From: Escherichia coli
GTDB lineage: Bacteria > Pseudomonadota > Gammaproteobacteria > Enterobacterales > Enterobacteriaceae
Length of the DNA stretch: 64,000 nucleotides
Reading direction: 5' to 3' (one strand)
Assembly (NCBI RefSeq): GCF_030013205.1
Contig: NZ_CP122648.1
Within the stretch, counting starts at the first letter, position 1. Every line of letters begins with the position of its first letter. Position numbers and translations under genes: made by a program. The notes under the pieces are model-generated. The model did not search any database and was not told the origin of the DNA. It worked only from the letters and a program-made list of their open reading frames with translations. This document shows positions 45,667 through 56,877 of this stretch, piece after piece.

Positions 45667-46869
45667 TCAACTCCTGTCATGGAAAAGTGGTTGCCAGAGG
45701 TCGATTAGCCCCTGCATCAAGCCACCGCGCCAACAAAGCGCATCATGTCCGCCGTCAACCTGACGCCAGAAAATGGATTCTTTTATGGGGTGTAATTGCG
45801 CATACAGCGCCTGATTGGCCCGCATGATCATCGGCTCGCGAATACCCGCTTCCAGCACAATGCGCAGACCTTCGGCGCTAACTTCACCAGCTTTAAGTTG
45901 CTCAAGTAACACGCCCTCTTGCTGCCCGCCCCGATGCGGCCACCAGTACGATCCTGACTGGCTTAATACACAGCCAAAGCGTTCAGGCCAGTTTAGTCCG
46001 GCATACAGCGCAGAAAGCCCACCAAAACTCTGCCCGGCGACCACGGTGCGATCGGCGCGATCGCTAAAAGGGGCAATAGCTTTCACCAGGGGTAATAACT
46101 CTTGCTGTACTGCCAGCCAGAAATCCGCATTACACGGCAGTTCGTGGGCGCGGTGCGGGGTGTCGATAGCGTCGATCAACACATACACGGCGGGAGGAAG
46201 TTGCTGACGATGGGTCAGCGAAGTTAGCGCAGGCCAGACGGGCATACTCTGCGCCCAAAATTCGCCATCAAGCAAAACTGCCAGCGGGCGTTCTTCTGCT
46301 GTTGCATCGCCGGTGGTAAAAATCCATACACGGCGTGAATTTTTCAGCCGCTCACTTTTCCAGATAATTTCTTTGACAGGCGTTTCTGGCGCTTGCGGAC
46401 AATCCCATCCCGGTTGCAGAGGCGCTTGCGGCATTTCGAGTGCAGAAACAGCGTGCCCTCGCCCGCCTTTCCAGCTTTGTGGATTCAGCGGATCGGCTAT
46501 CGCCTGGGGTAATAGTTTTCGCCAGCCTTCACGTAATTCGAGGCGATCGGGGGATGGTGCAGAAAAAATGTCATCGCGTTCGGTGGGAATAAAACAGTAG
46601 CTGCCGCGCCAGTTGGCATTAAGTTGTGTCGTCCACTGCCAGACGTTGGTACCTGCAATTCGCTGCATCGACTGGGGCTGGCTGTTCTGATGGTGATCGG
46701 TCACACCAGTGATGTAGACCCATACGCGCTTTATCGTCGAGTATTCTTCAGAACCTTGGGGATCACGCCACCAGAAAGTGACCTCAAACATTTCGTCATT
46801 CAGACGCTGCCATTCCGGGCCATGTTTCGACTGCCACCAGCTCTCACTTCCTACTTTTAACGCCGTCAC
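45667..46869 (-). CDS. fes: ferric-enterobactin esterase
   Basis: 400-aa ORF with GTG start (MTALKVGSESWWQSK...); the start could instead be an internal ATG. Confidence 0.9.
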   Translation of the reverse strand: MTALKVGSESWWQSKHGPEWQRLNDEMFEVTFWWRDPQGSEEYSTIKRVWVYITGVTDHHQNSQPQSMQRIAGTNVWQWTTQLNANWRGSYCFIPTERDDIFSAPSPDRLELREGWRKLLPQAIADPLNPQSWKGGRGHAVSALEMPQAPLQPGWDCPQAPETPVKEIIWKSERLKNSRRVWIFTTGDATAEERPLAVLLDGEFWAQSMPVWPALTSLTHRQQLPPAVYVLIDAIDTPHRAHELPCNADFWLAVQQELLPLVKAIAPFSDRADRTVVAGQSFGGLSALYAGLNWPERFGCVLSQSGSYWWPHRGGQQEGVLLEQLKAGEVSAEGLRIVLEAGIREPMIMRANQALYAQLHPIKESIFWRQVDGGHDALCWRGGLMQGLIDLWQPLFHDRS

Positions 46870-46920
46870 ACCATAACCCCATGTTTACTGTGCAATTTTT
46901 CATTGATTGCAGAAATATAT

Positions 46921-46945
46921 TGATAATATTATTGATAACTATTTG
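46921..46945. promoter_or_regulatory. Fur box in the fes-fepA divergent promoter region
   Basis: tgataatattattgataactatttgc resembles the Fur consensus. Confidence 0.6.
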
Positions 46946-47111
46946 CATTTGCAATAGCGTAATGGCGCGCCGTGGGAAGCGCGGACATTAATTAACCAAC
47001 TGCACTACGTGTCTTTCAGGATCAAAGGTTTTCGCGGTAGCGGGATGCGTCGTGTTGATGACGACCATGCCCGACAGTTGCAATTCGTGGCAAAAATGCA
47101 GGAATAAAACA

Positions 47112-49352
47112 ATGAACAAGAAGATTCATTCCCTGGCCTTGTTGGTCAATCTGGGGATTTATGGGGTAGCACAGGCACAAGAGCCAACCGATACTCCTGT
47201 TTCACATGACGATACCATTGTCGTTACCGCCGCCGAGCAGAACTTGCAAGCGCCTGGCGTTTCGACCATCACCGCAGATGAAATCCGCAAAAACCCCGTT
47301 GCCCGCGATGTGTCGGAGATCATCCGTACCATGCCAGGCGTTAACCTGACCGGTAACTCCACCAGTGGTCAGCGTGGGAATAACCGACAGATTGATATTC
47401 GCGGTATGGGTCCGGAAAACACGCTGATTTTGATTGACGGCAAGCCGGTAAGCAGCCGTAACTCGGTGCGCCAGGGCTGGCGTGGCGAGCGCGATACCCG
47501 TGGTGATACCTCCTGGGTGCCACCTGAAATGATTGAACGTATTGAAGTTCTGCGTGGTCCGGCAGCGGCGCGTTATGGCAACGGCGCGGCGGGCGGCGTG
47601 GTTAACATCATCACCAAAAAAGGCAGCGGCGAGTGGCACGGCTCCTGGGACGCATATTTCAATGCGCCAGAACATAAAGAGGAAGGTGCCACCAAACGCA
47701 CTAACTTTAGCCTCACCGGTCCGCTGGGCGACGAATTCAGCTTCCGCTTGTATGGCAACCTCGACAAAACTCAGGCTGACGCGTGGGATATCAACCAGGG
47801 CCATCAGTCCGCGCGTGCCGGAACGTATGCCACGACGTTACCAGCCGGGCGCGAAGGGGTAATTAACAAAGATATTAATGGCGTGGTGCGCTGGGACTTC
47901 GCGCCTCTGCAATCACTCGAACTGGAAGCGGGCTACAGCCGCCAGGGTAACCTGTATGCGGGCGATACCCAGAACACCAACTCTGACTCCTATACCCGCT
48001 CGAAATATGGCGATGAAACCAACCGTCTGTATCGCCAGAACTACTCGCTGACATGGAACGGCGGCTGGGATAACGGCGTGACCACCAGCAACTGGGTGCA
48101 GTACGAACACACCCGTAACTCGCGTATTCCGGAAGGTCTGGCGGGCGGTACCGAAGGGAAATTTAACGAAAAAGCGACACAGGATTTCGTCGATATCGAT
48201 CTCGATGATGTGATGCTGCACAGCGAAGTTAACCTGCCGATTGATTTCCTCGTTAACCAGACGCTGACGCTGGGTACGGAGTGGAATCAGCAACGGATGA
48301 AGGACTTGAGTTCCAATACCCAGGCGCTGACCGGGACGAATACCGGCGGTGCTATTGATGGTGTGAGTGCCACCGACCGTAGCCCGTATTCAAAAGCAGA
48401 AATTTTCTCGCTGTTTGCCGAAAACAACATGGAGCTGACTGACAGCACCATCGTAACGCCGGGGCTGCGTTTCGATCATCACAGCATTGTTGGCAATAAC
48501 TGGAGTCCGGCGCTGAACATCTCGCAAGGTTTAGGCGATGACTTCACTCTGAAAATGGGCATTGCCCGTGCTTATAAAGCGCCGAGTCTGTACCAGACTA
48601 ACCCGAACTACATTCTCTACAGTAAAGGTCAGGGCTGCTATGCCAGCGCGGGCGGCTGCTATCTGCAAGGTAATGATGACCTGAAAGCGGAAACCAGCAT
48701 CAACAAAGAGATTGGTCTGGAGTTCAAACGCGACGGCTGGCTGGCGGGCGTCACCTGGTTCCGTAACGATTATCGCAATAAGATTGAAGCGGGCTATGTG
48801 GCTGTAGGGCAAAACGCAGTCGGCACCGATCTCTATCAGTGGGATAACGTACCGAAAGCGGTGGTTGAAGGTCTGGAAGGATCGTTAAACGTACCGGTTA
48901 GCGAAACGGTGATGTGGACCAATAACATCACTTATATGCTGAAGAGTGAAAACAAAACCACGGGCGACCGTTTGTCGATCATCCCGGAGTATACGTTGAA
49001 CTCAACGCTGAGCTGGCAGGCACGGGAAGATTTGTCGATGCAAACAACCTTCACCTGGTACGGCAAGCAGCAGCCGAAGAAGTACAACTATAAAGGTCAG
49101 CCAGCGGTTGGACCGGAAACCAAAGAAATCAGCCCGTACAGCATTGTTGGCCTGAGCGCGACCTGGGATGTGACGAAGAATGTCAGTCTGACCGGCGGCG
49201 TGGACAACCTGTTCGACAAACGTTTGTGGCGTGCAGGTAATGCCCAGACCACGGGCGATCTGGCAGGAGCCAACTATATCGCCGGTGCCGGGGCGTATAC
49301 CTATAACGAGCCGGGACGTACGTGGTATATGAGCATTAATACTCACTTTTGA
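47112..49352 (+). CDS. fepA: TonB-dependent ferric-enterobactin outer-membrane receptor
   Basis: 746 aa from internal ATG (MNKKIHSLALLVNLGIYGVAQA...); terminal F of the beta-barrel. Confidence 0.96.
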   Translation: MNKKIHSLALLVNLGIYGVAQAQEPTDTPVSHDDTIVVTAAEQNLQAPGVSTITADEIRKNPVARDVSEIIRTMPGVNLTGNSTSGQRGNNRQIDIRGMGPENTLILIDGKPVSSRNSVRQGWRGERDTRGDTSWVPPEMIERIEVLRGPAAARYGNGAAGGVVNIITKKGSGEWHGSWDAYFNAPEHKEEGATKRTNFSLTGPLGDEFSFRLYGNLDKTQADAWDINQGHQSARAGTYATTLPAGREGVINKDINGVVRWDFAPLQSLELEAGYSRQGNLYAGDTQNTNSDSYTRSKYGDETNRLYRQNYSLTWNGGWDNGVTTSNWVQYEHTRNSRIPEGLAGGTEGKFNEKATQDFVDIDLDDVMLHSEVNLPIDFLVNQTLTLGTEWNQQRMKDLSSNTQALTGTNTGGAIDGVSATDRSPYSKAEIFSLFAENNMELTDSTIVTPGLRFDHHSIVGNNWSPALNISQGLGDDFTLKMGIARAYKAPSLYQTNPNYILYSKGQGCYASAGGCYLQGNDDLKAETSINKEIGLEFKRDGWLAGVTWFRNDYRNKIEAGYVAVGQNAVGTDLYQWDNVPKAVVEGLEGSLNVPVSETVMWTNNITYMLKSENKTTGDRLSIIPEYTLNSTLSWQAREDLSMQTTFTWYGKQQPKKYNYKGQPAVGPETKEISPYSIVGLSATWDVTKNVSLTGGVDNLFDKRLWRAGNAQTTGDLAGANYIAGAGAYTYNEPGRTWYMSINTHF

Positions 49353-49391
49353 TGCTAACGTCAGATTGTTGACAAAGTGCGCGTAGTTCAT

Positions 49392-49489
49392 GCCGGATGC
49401 GGCGTGAACGCCTTATCCGGCCTACAAAAATCTTGCCAATTCAATATATTGCAGGACCACGTAGGCCTGATAAGCGTAGCGCATCAGGC
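49392..49489. repeat. REP (palindromic unit) elements, BIME-like pair
   Basis: gccggatgcggcgtgaacgccttatccggcctac and the inverted gtaggcctgataagcgtagcgcatcaggc between fepA and entD. Confidence 0.8.
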
Positions 49490-49526
49490 AGTTTTGCGTT
49501 TGTCATCAGTCTCTAATATGGTCGAC

Positions 49527-50147
49527 ATGAAAACTACGCATACCGCCCTCCCCTTTGCCGGACATACGCTGCATTTTGTTAAGTTCGATCCGGCGAGTTT
49601 TTGTGAGCAGGATTTACTCTGGCTGCCACACTACGCGCAACTGCAACACGCTGGACGTAAACGTAAAACAGAGCATTTAGCCGGACGGATCGCTGCAGTT
49701 TATGCGCTGCGGGAATATGGCTATAAATGTGTGCCCGCAATCGGCGAGCTACGCCAACCTGTGTGGCCTGCGGGGGTATACGGCAGCATTAGTCACTGTG
49801 GGACTACGGCATTAGCCGTGGTATCTCGTCAACCAATTGGCATTGATATCGAAGAGATTTTCTCTGTACAAACCGCAAGAGAATTGACAAACAACATTAT
49901 TACACCAGCAGAACACGAGCGACTCGCAGAATGCGGTTTAACCTTTTCTCTGGCGCTGACACTGGCATTTTCCGCCAAAGAGAGCGCATTTAAGGCATCG
50001 GAGAGACAAACTGATGCAGGATTTCTGGATTATCAGATAATTAGCTTGAATAAACAGCAGATCATCATTCGACTAGAGGATGAGCAGTTTGCTGTGCACT
50101 GGCAGATAAAAGAAAAGATAGTCATAACGCTGTGCCAACACGATTAA
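49527..50147 (+). CDS. entD: enterobactin synthase phosphopantetheinyl transferase
   Basis: 206 aa from internal ATG (MKTTHTALPFAGHTL...); matches EntD. Confidence 0.93.
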   Translation: MKTTHTALPFAGHTLHFVKFDPASFCEQDLLWLPHYAQLQHAGRKRKTEHLAGRIAAVYALREYGYKCVPAIGELRQPVWPAGVYGSISHCGTTALAVVSRQPIGIDIEEIFSVQTARELTNNIITPAEHERLAECGLTFSLALTLAFSAKESAFKASERQTDAGFLDYQIISLNKQQIIIRLEDEQFAVHWQIKEKIVITLCQHD

Positions 50148-50268
50148 TTGACAATACCCGGAGCGATTCGCCCGCAGCCAATGCTGACTGCGGGCGAAAG
50201 TGTAAAGCAGGTGCCTTACTACTCTGACCTGACAACCGGATATGCGGGGATTACTCCCCGCACAACGG

Positions 50269-50421
50269 CTACTTCTTCGGTTCGTAAGCGAGAACAGCCT
50301 TAAACTCAATATTACGTTCCTTCACCGTAAACTCACACAGCGAGTCTCCGACCAGAAGCGTAAATCCCAGCACCGTTAAACACAGCACTATGACTGCCAC
50401 AAGGGCATATTTCGTCAGCAT
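50269..50421 (-). CDS. hokE: Hok-family membrane toxin (HokE-like), copy 1
   Basis: 50 aa [50 protein letters not shown]. Confidence 0.85.
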   Translation of the reverse strand: MLTKYALVAVIVLCLTVLGFTLLVGDSLCEFTVKERNIEFKAVLAYEPKK

Positions 50422-50566
50422 GTTTATATTGCCTCCATGCGAAGAAGGGACTACCATCCGAGTTGTTGAGGTTCGGAGTGGCAGCCCCAGGATTGATAGA
50501 AATATCTCCTGGGGCTTCATCTTTCCAGACCTCAGAGTTAACCTGAAACCGGAAAGCTTCAGGCAC
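50333..50566 (-). CDS. mok-like overlapping reading frame (modulator of hok translation), copy 1
   Basis: 77-codon ORF in a different frame, starting upstream of hok and ending inside it ([16 protein letters not shown]...). Confidence 0.5.
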   Translation of the reverse strand: MPEAFRFQVNSEVWKDEAPGDISINPGAATPNLNNSDGSPFFAWRQYKHADEICPCGSHSAVFNGAGIYASGRRLAV

Positions 50567-50630
50567 CCGCTGTTATCTTACCCTTCCTTAGCAAAATAAC
50601 TGTTTATTTATACAGCAAGTCCTGTTTCGG
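50560..50630 (+). ncRNA. predicted Sok-like antisense RNA, copy 1 (position inferred)
   Basis: inferred only from hok/sok architecture (antisense to the mok initiation region / hok leader); hairpin agtcctgtttcggact present; no promoter confirmed. Confidence 0.3.
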
Positions 50631-50670
50631 ACTTCTGTTGGCAACACTCGTTATTGCTCGTAAAACGAAA

Positions 50671-51131
50671 TCGCCCGCAGCCATCACTGACCACGGGCGA
50701 AAGTGTAAAGCAGGTGCCTTACCACCCTGACCTGACAACCGGATATGCGGGGATTACTCCCCGCACAACGGCTACTTCTTCGGTTCGTAAGCGAGAACAG
50801 CCTTAAACTCAATATTACGTTCCTTCACCGTAAACTCACACAGCGAGTCTCCGACTAGAAGCGTAAATCCCAGTACCGTCAAACACAGCACTATGACTGC
50901 CACAAGGGCATATTTCGTCAGCATGTTTATATTGCCTCCATGCGAAGAAGGGACTACCATCCAAATTGTCTGGTTTGGAGTGGCAGCCCCAGGGTTGATA
51001 GAAATATCTCCTGGGGCTTCATCTTTCCAGACCTCAGAGTTAACCTGAAACCGGAAAGCTTCAGGCACCCGCCGTTATCTTACCCTTCTTCAGCAAAATA
51101 GCTGTTTATTTATACAGTGAGTCCTGTTTCG
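50671..51131 (-). other. hok/sok-type type I toxin-antitoxin locus, copy 2 (ybdK-proximal)
   Basis: second unit of the tandem repeat; hok coding sequence differs from copy 1 by 3 synonymous substitutions; flanks carry indels. Confidence 0.7.
50772..50924 (-). CDS. hokE: Hok-family membrane toxin (HokE-like), copy 2
   Basis: 50 aa, protein identical to copy 1; the upstream mok-like frame is fused in-frame here (98-codon ORF 50772..51068). Confidence 0.85.
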   Translation of the reverse strand: MLTKYALVAVIVLCLTVLGFTLLVGDSLCEFTVKERNIEFKAVLAYEPKK

Positions 51132-51132
51132 G
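51062..51132 (+). ncRNA. predicted Sok-like antisense RNA, copy 2 (position inferred)
   Basis: inferred from architecture; extended hairpin agtgagtcctgtttcggacttctcact. Confidence 0.3.
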
Positions 51133-51355
51133 ACTTCTCACTCCTCATTTGATCAACTGAAGCTGAACCCGTTTTTTTCTGCATGCCTCAATCGTCAAAA
51201 TTCTTCGCCACCAGTCCGCACTGCCATAACTTGTCATATTGCAAAATGTAGCCAATTTGCTTCAGTCACCATCATCAAAAAAAGAAACATTCCAGAACTT
51301 CCGCATCTCGCCCAGTCGCTCCCACTTCTATACTGAATAGAAAACGCCAACATAA

Positions 51356-52483
<1,128 letters not shown>

Positions 52484-52548
52484 GCCGGGAATTGCCTTAC
52501 AGAAGAATATCCCTGACAATGGTGTTTTAACTTACATTTAACAATGTT

Positions 52549-52797
52549 ATGAAACACCCTTTAGAAACCTTGACCACCGCAGCAGGCATTTTGCTGATGG
52601 CTTTCCTTTCTTGCCTGCTGCTGCCCGCCCCCGCACTGGGGCTGACGCTGGCACAAAAACTGGTGACCATGTTCCATCTGATGGATCTTAGCCAGCTTTA
52701 CACTTTATTGTTTTGTCTGTGGTTTTTAGTGCTGGGCGCTATTGAGTATTTTGTTCTGCGCTTTATCTGGCGACGCTGGTTCTCGCTGGCGGATTAA
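52549..52797 (+). CDS. ybdJ: small inner-membrane protein
   Basis: 82-aa hydrophobic ORF; matches YbdJ. Confidence 0.88.
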   Translation: MKHPLETLTTAAGILLMAFLSCLLLPAPALGLTLAQKLVTMFHLMDLSQLYTLLFCLWFLVLGAIEYFVLRFIWRRWFSLAD

Positions 52798-52861
52798 ACG
52801 TCGATTATCGCCGAACTTCGCGGCATACTTTGCTTATTCTCCTTCGCCTAAAGGAACGTTT

Positions 52862-53230
52862 ATGGATAAGCAATCACTGCACGAAACGGCGAAACGCCTG
52901 GCCCTTGAGTTACCCTTTGTCGAGCTTTGCTGGCCTTTTGGCCCGGAGTTCGATGTTTTTAAAATTGGCGGCAAGATTTTTATGCTGTCGTCGGAGCTGC
53001 GCGGCGTCCCCTTTATCAATCTGAAGTCCGATCCACAAAAATCCCTGTTAAATCAGCAGATATACCCGAGCATTAAACCAGGATATCACATGAATAAAAA
53101 GCACTGGATTTCGGTTTATCCCGGCGAGGAAATCTCCGAAGCGTTACTTAGCGATCTGATCAACGATTCGTGGAATCTGGTGGTTGATGGTCTGGCTAAA
53201 CGCGATCAAAAAAGAGTGCGTCCAGGCTAA
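52862..53230 (+). CDS. ybdF: DUF419-family protein
   Basis: 122 aa from internal ATG ([19 protein letters not shown]...). Confidence 0.9.
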   Translation: MDKQSLHETAKRLALELPFVELCWPFGPEFDVFKIGGKIFMLSSELRGVPFINLKSDPQKSLLNQQIYPSIKPGYHMNKKHWISVYPGEEISEALLSDLINDSWNLVVDGLAKRDQKRVRPG

Positions 53231-53323
53231 AGCGGAAATCTATAGCGCATTTTTCTCGCTTACCATTTCTCGTTGAACCTTGTAATCTGCTGGCACGCAA
53301 AATTACTTTCACATGGAGTCTTT

Positions 53324-53977
53324 ATGGATATCATTTCTGTCGCCTTAAAGCGTCATTCCACTAAGGCATTTGATGCCAGCAAAAAACTTACCCCGGAACA
53401 GGCCGAGCAGATCAAAACGCTACTGCAATACAGCCCATCCAGCACTAACTCCCAGCCGTGGCATTTTATTGTTGCCAGCACGGAAGAAGGTAAAGCGCGT
53501 GTTGCCAAATCCGCTGCCGGTAATTACGTGTTCAACGAGCGTAAAATACTTGATGCCTCGCACGTCGTGGTGTTCTGTGCAAAAACCGCGATGGACGATG
53601 CCTGGCTGAAGCTGGTTGTTGACCAGGAAGATGCCGATGGCCGCTTTGCCACGCCGGAAGCGAAAGCCGCGAACGATAAAGGTCGCAAGTTCTTCGCCGA
53701 TATGCACCGTAAAGATCTGCATGATGATGCGCAGTGGATGGCAAAACAGGTTTATCTCAACGTCGGTAACTTCCTGCTCGGCGTGGCGGCGCTGGGTCTG
53801 GACGCGGTGCCCATCGAAGGTTTTGACGCCGCCATCCTCGATGAAGAATTTGGTCTGAAAGAGAAAGGCTACACCAGTCTGGTGGTTGTTCCGGTAGGTC
53901 ATCACAGCGTTGAAGATTTTAACGCTACGCTGCCGAAATCTCGTCTGCCGCAAAACATCACCTTAACCGAAGTGTAA
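53324..53977 (+). CDS. nfsB: oxygen-insensitive NAD(P)H nitroreductase
   Basis: 217 aa from internal ATG ([17 protein letters not shown]...). Confidence 0.95.
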   Translation: MDIISVALKRHSTKAFDASKKLTPEQAEQIKTLLQYSPSSTNSQPWHFIVASTEEGKARVAKSAAGNYVFNERKILDASHVVVFCAKTAMDDAWLKLVVDQEDADGRFATPEAKAANDKGRKFFADMHRKDLHDDAQWMAKQVYLNVGNFLLGVAALGLDAVPIEGFDAAILDEEFGLKEKGYTSLVVVPVGHHSVEDFNATLPKSRLPQNITLTEV

Positions 53978-54036
53978 TTCTCTCTTGCCGGGCATCTGCC
54001 CGGCTATTTCCCCTCAGATTCTCCTGATTTGCATAA

Positions 54037-55332
<1,296 letters not shown>

Positions 55333-55335
55333 TTA

Positions 55336-55368
55336 AAAAAACCGCTCTCATCGAATGGATGAGAGCGG
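55336..55368. terminator. hairpin terminator between convergent ybdG and pheP
   Basis: ccgctctcatcgaatggatgagagcgg perfect stem with A/T flanks. Confidence 0.65.
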
Positions 55369-55399
55369 ACATCGTTTTGTCGGATGTAGCGTGAATGCC

Positions 55400-56776
55400 T
55401 TATTTCCGACGCAGCGTTTTAAATGCCACAAACAGGAATACAATCCACACCGGCAGCAGGATCGCTGACAAGCGCATATCATCCATCGTGCACATCAGCA
55501 GCAAAATCATGCCGAGGAAGGCAATACAAAGATAGTTGCCGAACGGATAAAGCAGCGCCTTAAACTGTGTTTCACGTCCCTGACGTCGCATCGCCGCGCG
55601 AAAACGCAGATGCGCCAGGCAGATCATAATCCAGTTCAACAGCAGCGTTGCTACCACCAGCGCCATCAGCAGACCAAACGCTTTTTGCGGCAGCAGATAG
55701 TTGATTAACACCACCAGCGAAGTGATCGCTCCGGAAAGCATCAGCGAGTTAATCGGCACGCCGCGACGGCTGACGCGAGTCAAAAACTTCGGCGCATTAC
55801 CCTGCACAGAAAGGCCAAACAGCATGCGGCTGTTAGAGTAAACCCCGCTGTTATACACTGACAGCGATGCTACCAGAATGACGAAGTTCAGCGCAGAAGC
55901 TACCACGTTGCTGTCGAGATTATGGAAAATCATCACAAACGGGCTACTGTTGGATTTCACTTCCACCCACGGATAGAGCGCCAGTAAAACTACCAGTGAA
56001 CCGATATAAAACAGCAGGATGCGATACACTACCTGATTTACCGCTTTCGGAATGCTTTTTTCCGGATCGCGCGCTTCAGCGGCAGTAATCCCAATCAGCT
56101 CCAGACCGCCGAAGGAGAACATAATCACCGCCAGCGACAAAATCAGCCCATTCCAGCCGGTGGCAAAGAAACCACCGTAGCGCCAGAGGTTGTCGATACT
56201 GGCTTTCTCGCCGCCGTGCCCAGAAAACAGCAGCCACAGGCCAAAGCCGATCATACCGATGATCGCCAGCACTTTAATCAGCGCAAACCAGAATTCGGTT
56301 TCGCCATATAAGCGCACGTTTACCAGGTTAACGGCGTTGATGATAATAAAGAAGGCGGCAGCCCAAATCCACGTTGGAACATCCGGGAACCAGTACTGCA
56401 TATAGATGCCCGCAGCGGTCAGCTCTGCCATTCCCACCAGCACGAACATCACCCAGTAGTTCCAGCCGGAGAGGAACCCGGCGAACGGTCCCCAGTATTT
56501 ATAGGCAAAGTGGGCAAATGAACCGGATACCGGCTCTTCGACCACCATCTCGCCGAGCTGGCGCATAATCAGGAAAGCGATGATCCCGGCGACGCCGTAG
56601 CCCAGTAATACAGCCGGACCCGCCATCTGAATCGCCGGGCCAATGCCAAGAAACAGACCAGTACCAATTGCGCCACCCAGCGCAATCAGTTGAATATGAC
56701 GGTTATGTAATCCGCGATGAAGCGTCGGCTCTTGATTCGACGCAGTATCTTCCGATACGGTTGACGCGTTTTTCAC
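55400..56776 (-). CDS. pheP: phenylalanine-specific permease (APC family)
   Basis: 458 aa from an internal GTG that has an AGGGGAAAGG Shine-Dalgarno (MKNASTVSEDTASNQ...); the track ORF is extended to an upstream GTG. Confidence 0.92.
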   Translation of the reverse strand: MKNASTVSEDTASNQEPTLHRGLHNRHIQLIALGGAIGTGLFLGIGPAIQMAGPAVLLGYGVAGIIAFLIMRQLGEMVVEEPVSGSFAHFAYKYWGPFAGFLSGWNYWVMFVLVGMAELTAAGIYMQYWFPDVPTWIWAAAFFIIINAVNLVNVRLYGETEFWFALIKVLAIIGMIGFGLWLLFSGHGGEKASIDNLWRYGGFFATGWNGLILSLAVIMFSFGGLELIGITAAEARDPEKSIPKAVNQVVYRILLFYIGSLVVLLALYPWVEVKSNSSPFVMIFHNLDSNVVASALNFVILVASLSVYNSGVYSNSRMLFGLSVQGNAPKFLTRVSRRGVPINSLMLSGAITSLVVLINYLLPQKAFGLLMALVVATLLLNWIMICLAHLRFRAAMRRQGRETQFKALLYPFGNYLCIAFLGMILLLMCTMDDMRLSAILLPVWIVFLFVAFKTLRRK

Positions 56777-56877
56777 GCCTTTCCCCTGTGTGTCTTTTTT
56801 GTTGAGGGGCACCTTTTAACATTTAGTGCCCATCGTCGCAAGACACAATCCACACGGTTAAACCGGGTATCCTGCTT

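Larger units (their letters stand above)
50168..50630 (-). other. hok/sok-type type I toxin-antitoxin locus, copy 1 (entD-proximal)
   Basis: first unit of an approximately 503-bp diverged tandem repeat; contains hok, an overlapping mok-frame ORF and structured flanks. Confidence 0.7.

Noticed and set aside
50168-51131. Tandem repeat considered as a possible CRISPR array or minisatellite
   Set aside because: There are only two units of about 503 bp, each carrying a complete hok reading frame; this is a gene duplication, not a short repeat-spacer array.
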